Assembly: GCA_051294375.1 (NCBI GenBank) | Contig: JBJCIZ010000239.1 | Coordinates: 3,355,989-3,419,988 of the forward strand | DNA: 64,000 bases | Direction: 5' to 3' | From: Paraspadella gotoi | Taxonomy: Eukaryota > Animalia > Chaetognatha | Part shown: in pieces, positions 31,101 to 41,111 of the stretch | Numbering within the stretch: position 1 is the stretch's first letter | Layout of the letters: every line of letters starts with the position of its first letter | Notes under the pieces: model-generated | What the model was told of the DNA's origin: nothing | Databases searched by the model: none | Seen by the model: only the letters and a program-made list of their open reading frames with translations | Made by a program: the position numbers and the translations under genes

Positions 31101-34100
31101 AAGAAAGAGCATCTTGTACAGGAAGTGTCATCATCTTCATTTGTTTTCGCTTTACAAACAAGTAAAATCCAAAAACATGCCGTGATATGAAGAAATAATA
31201 CAGTGTAGATCGTACTCGTTACCTTGTACAATATATACAAAAAAGACAAAACATTTTGAAGGATATGAAAGTTTATCATGATCCCTCACCTTTTATACTC
31301 TTACTTGCATGACTCGACCAAAGTTAAACGTTCCTTGAGATTTAATTCTTCCAAATTTTCCCATTAATTCGAAAAAGTGCCAGAGTCGCACCAGCCTCAT
31401 TCCATTGACTACACGAATGTCGGCCCACAAGAAGAAAATCTCCAAAGGAAATTTCATGAGAAACGTAGATAGAGACCAAAATTTGAACCAATGTTCAAAT
31501 ATTTGCGGTGGAGTGGAAACCATGATCCCAGTTTCCGGTTGCCATATTGGGGTGTGCCATTCCATATAAGTGTCTATCAGAGCAAGTAGAGTAAGGAAGC
31601 CAAGAGGTACTTCAAATCTTAAATAAGAAATATTGAGAACAAACATCACGGGAATTATCCAGATTAGTGCAAGAGAATTTATCAGTTTAACATAGGCCCA
31701 GAATTCTTCAAAGTAGCCTATTCGAACGAAATGGCCGGACATAAAAATAACTTTTGAAATAGCGTTCCAGGACGAAGTAAAGCGCATCTTTAAAAGGACG
31801 AAAACACGGCGATCCATGATTTTTTGTTTCATCAAAAATTTTTTAAGGAATTGATTAACACTTATTTCATGACGAATTTGAACACTACGGGGCTTTTGAA
31901 TTCGTAATCTCATTCCCTCGACTAATGGCGCAAGAGTTCCAACTACGTATTTCCAAACATAGTTATCAATCGGAAACTCCTTGAGACTTTCGTTCCATTC
32001 TGGCCATGAGATCGTCGCAATTTGTACGTAAGTGAGTGCAATTACGGTAACTTCCCTGGAATAAAAATTTTTTTAATTTTAAAATATAATGACGCTTCAA
32101 GCGACAAAAAAAACCCTCACCTTTCTTTAGTCCAACATGATAACAAACCGATAATGGTTCCCGGTCCACTTTTACACGACACGTTATCGCCGTCAATTTG
32201 AATGATTATGCCTTTCGCTAAGAGCATGAAATCATTGGATATATCGCCCAAGTTTGCTAAGCAATGAAGGAAAACCAAGTTTTAACTTAATACAGCCATT
32301 ACAACAGGTACAAACTGAGGATCTAACTGAAAAAAATGACGATAATTTAGTAATTCTAGATGACTAAATAATATAATTCATTGATTAGTCGTACAAATTG
32401 TATACTGCAATAAATGGAACTAACCTATCCTCGTGCCTGGAGTAAAATAAAACCATCTCAGAGATCGCCGCATTTTTGACAAACAAACTGGATTACGCAG
32501 AAAGTTAGTCATTAGCTGCCATTTTTCGGGCAAATTAAACATAAATAAGCGAGTCGGAATCGTCTGCAGGAAAAAAAAAATGATTAAAAGGAAACCGCCG
32601 ACAGTGCAGAAAGCTCCACGAAAAGCAGTATGCTTAGTTTTAACCAGAGGCTGGGTGACTCAGCAAGAAAAAGAATTAAGCCTTGGTCAGGATCGGGATC
32701 GACAGAAACGCCGACGATAATTTGAACGATAGAGGAAGCAGTTGCGACTGTGAGAGCGACGACGAAGGGAGTGATGCATAAAACGATGATGGAAGCAGCA
32801 TAAGAGACAAGTTTTGTGTGTATGTTTGAGTCCACTGCTTCAGGAGCCACAGCAAGGGGGCTTCGATGGAAAAAAGTGCCAACAAATTTCATACACACAA
32901 AACTCGTCTCTTTTGCTGCTTCCATCGTCGTTTTATGCGTCACTCCCTTCGTCGTCGCTCTCACAGTCGCAACTGCTTCCTCTATCGTTCAAATTCTCGT
33001 CATCGTTTCTGTCGATCTCGATTCTGACCGAGGCTTAATTTTTTCTCTTGCTAAGTCACCCAGAATTCAGAATTCACTCGATTACAGATCACTAAAATTT
33101 AAAAATATAATAACCTGTAATAAATACGCCTCGTCATGGCAAGAAATACGGTTGAAATCCTCAATGAAGTGAATGATATTCTTTAAAACAAGGTCGCAAT
33201 CTTCGTTATCTATTTTTCGTTCAAGCATGGCTTCGTTTAAATCCTTCAAAAAAATAAATCGTCTAAAAAAAATTATATGTTTGAATGGAAATATAGATAT
33301 TGAGTAATAGAAGGCTAACCGTTAGCCAGCTGGCAATTCGGACTTTATTTCCTGTTTTTATTGAGTAATAAGCACTGAGATAACCACTGATTTGTCCAAT
33401 TATCACAAGGTAATACCCTGCGAGCATAAGTCCCACAACCTACTTGACATATTAGCATAATTAATAAGGTCAGTTGGGAATGAGAGGGGACATTATTTGG
33501 AAAACAATACATTTATCATTGTTGTACAATGTACAATGTACATTATTTAAATATATTGTTTTTATTTGGATCTACTTATCAGCAGATCCCGACTCTATAA
33601 TTCACTTTGTTGGTCCGTCGGTCCGCCCCCTCAATATTGTCGGGCACACACTTATATCATGTCAGAACATCTAATTATGATAAATTATGCTATTATGTTT
33701 TTTCCTTTCTGTTTTGTTGTTATTTGATTTAGAACAAAGTTTTGAAGAGAGATTTAACAACGATTTTTATTTCATAGTGAAACGGACATGTTTCGAACTT
33801 TCGACATACGAGTCTTCTTCAGCGCCAATTCAATTTGTGAATTTGAAGAGAATTTTGTGCATAAAGAAAGAGAGAGAGAGAAAGAGAGAAACAGAGCAAA
33901 GTTTCCAACACAGAGTTTGAGAGAAAGGATAGTGTTCAGTTTTTTATTAGGGACAGGTGAAGGTGAGGACAGAGATAGTTTGTGAAAAGAAATTGAAATT
34001 GTTGTACATTTCATAATGTATTATATTTTCAAGCACTGTCTCTCTCTCTCTCTCTTTCCATTTCAATTTCTTTTTACAAACTATCTCTGTTCTCACCTTC

Positions 34101-37100
34101 TCCTGTCCCTAATAAAAAACTGAACACTATCCTTTCTCTCAAACTCTGTGTTGGAAACTTTGCTCTGTCTCTCTCTCTCTTTTTTTATGCACAAAATTCT
34201 CTTCAATTTCACAAATTGAATTGGCGCTGAAGAAGACTCGTGAGTCGAAACATGTCCGTTTCACTATGAAATAAAAATCGTTGTTAAATCTCTCTTCAAA
34301 ACTTTGTTCTTGATAAATTATGCAAAAAAAAAATAATGAGGGGGCGGACCGACGGACTGACAAAGTGAATTATAGAGTTGGGATCTGCTGATAGGCAGAT
34401 CCGACTAAAAAGTTGTTTGTTAAAAATAAAACTTGGTTTTCTCTAAATTAGAAACGCAACTAGAATTACTATCAAAGGAAAAATAACTCAAGAGAGATTT
34501 TTTTGAAGCTGAACCATTTAAACCATTAAATCATTAAACAATACTATCTAGGAAAAAAGTATATAACATTTTTAATAAAGGATATCTATTCAAAAACTTG
34601 TTTGATTTAAAAAAATATTTTTAGATTTACATTGAATTTCCTTTCAGTAGCTTTCTTCCATTTTTTTGTTGATCAAATCGTTTAGAAGTTACAGATCAAA
34701 AAATATTGTTACTTCAAATAAAAAATAGCAAAAAAAATCATATTTAGTTTTCCTCCATTTTTGATGTTTTAGAATTCATTTTTATTTCAAATAGAGTTAG
34801 TTATTTTTTTAATTTTTTATTAATTTGGCAATGCTAAAGGCCTTGCACCTTTTTTTGGTTCAAAAAAGTGCTATTATACCTTTTAGCAAAGAGGGAAAGA
34901 TATGCAACATCAATATCAGGTCTGAAAAGAATTGCATAAAAGAGGTGGAAAAACATTTCACTGGCATACCTCAATTGGCTGTATGAGAGCATGCCCAGAC
35001 GAATGCAGGCATTAGTTGATGCCGAGGAAGGGCATACCAAATATTAAAAATCTTTTACCCATGTTTTGTATACTTTTTATTGAATAAATGAATTATGTTA
35101 TATACTTTTTTCCTAGATAGTATTATCCGAACCTGGTACGCCCAAAGATAAGCCGGGTGTATGATAGAATCTTCACCAACACCCAAACCCAGCGCCATTA
35201 GGTAATAAACAAACTCGAAGGATCTTTTAGTTTCTATCTCTCGGGACCTGAGAACAAAAAAATTAAATAAATTACAAACGCTAGTTATTCTGTGCAAATG
35301 TTCAATTTTTAGTCACTTTTTGGTCGGTTGGTCCCTCGGTCTGGTCGGTTCGGTATGTCTGTCCCTCGGTCTATCCCACTTACGTTAAAAACGCTTATAA
35401 CTTGCCTATAGTTTGTTGCTCTTTTGTTCAAAAATCAAATCTAAGCGACTACTGGCCCCGCCTTTTGTTTTTAAAGAAATCTTAGTGTATTCTTAAAAAA
35501 AAAGAAAAAAAAATAAAAAATTTCGTCTTTTCCGCTAATAAAGAAATCTTACAAACTATAAGGAATAAATGACATGATAAGTAAAAAGAAAAGTAATGCG
35601 GCGCAATACCTTGGAATAACCGTTCCTTGTTTTTTTTTACAATCCTCATTTTCATTTGGCTTACCCTGTAATGTTGACGTCTTTAGTGCGCTGAATATCG
35701 AGCTCTTTCTTGCATTGACGTTGCAATTCAAGAATGTAGTCGAAATCGTGATGCAGTTGGGACTCGTAACTAATTATTTAAATCAAAGGAACTTTAAAGA
35801 TTATCTTCTCGAAAATATTTTAATTTGTATCTTAAAAATAAGATTTATTTTGTAAAGGCGAAAAAACAAAGTAAGAGGAGGAAGTTTATTGTATCTACGA
35901 CCCGAGTTAAGTTATGTTATACATATGAAAGAGATGACATTAAATGTCATTATGATTGTAGTCGAAGACAAATACTTGAAATCGATGAGTTTTATTGGTA
36001 GAATCCGCATTCGTGTTAGAATCCCAATGTGACAATACAACCCATTTGGATCCAGATTAAAGCGATCCAAAAATGATTTGCAAACTTGCAACAATTTAGA
36101 ACTTTCGTCTGAGACGGTATTATTATTATTAATATCAATGGGCATTATTTTTATTAATATGGTGTTAACCGTATAAATTTTTTTGAATCATGATTGAAAA
36201 TTTAAAAAAAAATGTTATAACATACCGTTGATTAAGCTATAATATTCGTTAACATAATGGCAGGGAGACGTTATGTTTACATATTCGAAATTGTAATAGC
36301 ACAAAGCTCGTGAAAAGTAGAAAGATACGACTGTAGTGATAATCAGCATTGTGAGTATGAACAATGCCAAATGGAGTGCGGGCCTATGAGAGAAAACCTG
36401 ATTTTAAAAATAAATTTGGTTGCCGTCTGAAAATGAAATTTCATAACCGTAGTACATCGCATCTAAAAGCCTTACGATCTATATCTATCCACGATCTCCA
36501 TTACATTGTGCCACATGACGGCGATAAAGACAATCTTTGAGAAAGATGCAAAGATATAATCATTTCATTTTTATCTCGATTAATTGAAGGCTCAGCTTCT
36601 TTGTGACGTCGTCGTCGTCGTCGGCGTCACGCTTTTTTAATATTGATTCTATTAAAAGTGTGTTATCATAGGGAGTTGAAAATTTTAAAATTATCATATT
36701 TCATATTAATATTCGGATTTGTTTGTTTTATTTACAAAACAATTTTATCAATTTTTATATAAAAACTACTACGAATTACGATTGATTCTATTAAAGTGTG
36801 ATATCATAAGGAATTGAAAATTTAGATATGGCTTCTCATCATTAAGATCTTTGAAATTTTCATATTAATATTCGGATTTGTTTGTTTTATTTACAAAAAA
36901 AACGTTTTAATTATATGTTATGGACGACACAAGTTCGTCCACAATGTCGTTCTTTCTCTCTCTATTAATTATATGTCCCTCCCTCTCTCTCTCTCTCTTT
37001 CTCTCTCTTTTTCTCTTGATTTTTTTTTCTTTCTTCTGATTCATCTAAAAACGAGTTCAGGCTTTGCAGCGGCTGTCCAGCTTTTTTCTCTCTCTCTTTT

Positions 37101-37891
37101 TCTCTCTCTCTTTATTTTTTTCTCTTTCTCTCTCTATCTCACTCAAACACGCATTTGTTTATGTTTTATTTACCAAAAAAATTTATATATATTGTAGGCT
37201 CACTAATGTAAAAGACGGTAAGTTAGACGCCCCATCGCGCTTTTCTTATGTGGATCAGCAGGGCACGAACCCAAGTCTTTTGGGTTGGGAGGAGCTCGTG
37301 CTACCTCAGGCGCCACAACGGAGTAACGCTTTGCCGCTTTAACGAGTAACTGGGCTGTCCAGCTTCTCTCTCTCTCTTTTAATTATATGTCGCTCTCTCT
37401 CTCGCTTTTTTCTTCTTAATAGGGGTAGCCCCACTCAATGGGGTGAGTCAAAAATTTAGAAAGAGTACATGTTTAAACAAAAATTTATACATTTTTAGGT
37501 ACACGTTCAATGTACGAAAATGTATATGGCTCTATACCCAAATATTTATTTTTTAATATTTATTTATTGATAGGAAAGGAGTTGGTCCCTATTCAGATAC
37601 ATCTAAAATCGAGTTCAGCTCTGCAGTGGCTGTCTAGCGGCTGTCCAATTTTTCTCTATCTTTCTCTCTCTCTCTCACTCATGATTTTCATTGATATACT
37701 TAATACTTTTCCAATTTGCAATGTCCGCAATAATCCTTAATTGTTTGAATTTTATTTTTAGTGCCATTAGTGCAATTAGTCTTGCTCAATACTCATTTAT
37801 TGTTTAAATGTCATATTGTTTTAAATCGTTTAATCTTCTTATTGTCTTAATTGTCAAATTGTCTCTTTTATTTAAAAAAAAAAAAAAATTT

Positions 37892-37923
<32 letters not shown>

Positions 37924-40900
37924 ATTGTCTCATTGCGTCAATGAATGACTATCATCGCATTAATGAATAATCATCATCGCATCAATGAATGACTATCATT
38001 GCATCAATGAATGATTATCATCGGATCAATGAATGGTTATCATCACATCAATGAATAATTATCATCGCATCAATGAATAACTATCATCGCATCAATATTT
38101 GGTTATCATCGCATCAATCATTTGGTTATCATCGCATCAATCATTTGGTTATCATCGCATCAATCCTTTGGTTATCATCGCATCAATCCTTTGGTTATCA
38201 TCGCATCAATATTTGGTTATCATCGCATCAATCCTTTGGTTATCATCGCATCAATCCTTTGGTTATCATCGCATCAATATTTGGTTATCATTGCATCAAT
38301 AATAGGTTATCATCGCATCAATAATTAATTCCTATTACATCAATAAATTACTATCACATCAATCAATTACTATTACATTAATAATTCGACATCGCATCAA
38401 TCATTTGTTTTTTTCCCGGATTTTTTCATTAATTTTCTTTGATAGTGCCATCTGGCGAGATCACTACTTTTTTAAGATTTTTTTTATAAATTAATGTTTA
38501 AATAATAATTTATTCATTAATTATTCATCTATTTAATGCCCATATTAATATTTTTATATTTAATATATTTATAATATTAATTATTTTTTAAATGTGATTT
38601 ACCTTTGACGCGCGTAAGTAAAACATTGGGCGGATACACTTATAGCGAATAGGGACCTTTTGAAGTCCGAAATCAGTCATTATTGGCATCCGAACCCAAA
38701 CAATGAGGTCAATAAACGCGATCACCATAATGAACTAAATATTAAAAAAAAAGCCTAGAATCGGTTGTTTCTTGAGTTTTATAGGTTTTACAAAAATAAT
38801 AAAATAAGTACTACATGGTGACAATTTTACAAGCGCCGGTAAAAAAACGCTGTCATTTGCAAACCAGTGGTTGTTTCAATGATTTGAAAAATTAGTTGAG
38901 TAAAAAATATTAAAGTCATTTATGTTTTCAAATTTTATATTGATCAGTTAAGATATGCCTTGACAATGAGTGGAGAAAGTTGGCTTGTAAAATCGGGTTT
39001 CATTTTCCAACTCACTTTTTTTAGATTCAATTTTTTTCTCTTACTTTCAATAAGTTTTCTGAAAAAATTTTAAATAAAATAATATTAATATTATTATCTG
39101 CTGAAAGCCCTTTCAAATCTAAAGAGAATGACATATTTACAAATACTGTAGTATAAAATTTAACCGGCCCAGCTTTAATTTAATTAGGATACTCAAAAAC
39201 AAGACATCTTTCCAAAAATCAATAGCTGGAGGGTAAATTTAGGATTTTTATCAAATTGTGATTGGCTATCTTAAATCTATTTTTTTCAGGCTCTTTCATG
39301 ATACTTATATAAATAATAATATTTTATGTTATGATTTTATATTATAATAATTTAAACAGGTCATTTATTTTAAAAAAATATTTAAAATTTTAAATAATTA
39401 ACTTTTGACTCTCTTAATTGAACCAAGGCTAGGCAGCTTAATTTTTATGTTAGAGCTTTCGTAAGTATATCATTCTCTTCATTTTTTTAAGGGCTTTCTG
39501 AGGATATTTATTATTAATAAAGTATTTAAAAAAAAAGAATTTAAAAACAGTTTGTTGGAAAATGAAACCCGATTTTACAAGCCAACTTTCTCCACTCATT
39601 GTCAAGGCATATCTTAACTGATCAATATAAAATTTTAACACATAAATGACTTTAATATTTTCTACTCAACTAATTTTTAAAATCAATGAAATAACCACTG
39701 GTTTGCAAATGACAGCGTTTTTCTACCGGCGTTTCTAAAATTGTTACCATGTATATAATATTAATTAATAGTGATAAATAAAAACTATGAAAATAGGAAA
39801 TTCCTAGTTGAAAGAATGTAATGTATCACCTGAGTCAAAATGATGACTGTATAACTAACAACTTTTCTCCCAACATGTCCAGTTGAAACTGAAAGATTAA
39901 TAAATTGCATACAAGTTTGTTTTTTTTTAGTTCAAAAGTTGTATAAACTTACTGTATAATGATGAACTAATTATATTGCTGGGCCACACCACATCCGCCC
40001 AACTCGATGGAATCATACGAGCCACGAAAATAAATGGTGACAAGAGTCCAACGATTGCAGTAAACATGGAAAACCAGTCAAGCCGCCTATGGCATTACAT
40101 TTTTTTGATATTTCTCGCTAAACTTTTTGAATATCCTTTTTATTTTAACTTATTTCAATCGTGTTTTCCTACAAATTGATACCCTTATCTTCAAGTTGGT
40201 AATGTGTAGTATTAAACATATTAATAAACATAGTTAAACCATAAGACCTTTTCAATTCTGACTCCTACATTTTTTGCTCGGCAACGACTTTGCTTTTTGC
40301 GATGCCCTCGAGCCAGACTTGAGGATCCTTTGTTTTTGAATATTGAACGCTCAATGTATAAAAGTCATCCGGTTGAAATGTTTTAATCTGGCAAATACAA
40401 TTATGTCAATTAAACTCGTAAGGAAAACGGTAAATTTGATATTCTTTCGTATTTTTTTTACCGGTTTGCACTTTTTAAATGTTTCTCCTCGGGCAATTCT
40501 TCTGTAGTTCTCGATCATTTGGCTGACAATTTTTTTCGGAAAGAATTGGCAACATTTAATATAATTTTCAGGCCGCAGGAGCAGGAAATCACAGTCAGTC
40601 GAAGCTATTATAAGGATGCTTTTCGCATGAATTGGCCCAGACAATCCTGTTGAACATAAATGGTTAAAACTGTTAATCATAATGCAGTTATAATTTTACT
40701 AATAATTATAAAATAATCATTTTTTTTATCGGAATGAAAAAATAAAGAGCAAATCTGCTTTTTCACCATACCATACTTTTGCTGTCAAGGGTTTTTGGGG
40801 TCTTTTGAAAAATTACTTAAAAATATTTAGTTTAAAAAAAAAAATATTATCGAATTACCCTAACCCTAAACCCTCTTAACCCTAACCACTAAAGCGTAGT

Positions 40901-41068
40901 AAAAATTCTAAATTTAACTTAATTAAAATTCTAAAAGTGAGAAATGAACAACATTATTGTATTTACGGTCGTGGATGTGCGTGGTCATGACCGTAGAGGG
41001 AGAAGAGTGGCTCGACGTTCGACGGCCATGGATTCTCTCTCTCTCTCTCTCTCAAGGGTTGGGTTTGG

Positions 41069-41111
<43 letters not shown>

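Noticed and set aside
32584-33172. Mirror ORFs with hydrophobic translations
   Set aside because: By-products of the inverted repeat; no recognisable domain.
37936-38402. CRISPR-like array and its repetitive ORFs
   Set aside because: Inter-repeat segments are ~7 nt and recurrent, the context is eukaryotic and no cas genes are present; it is a minisatellite.
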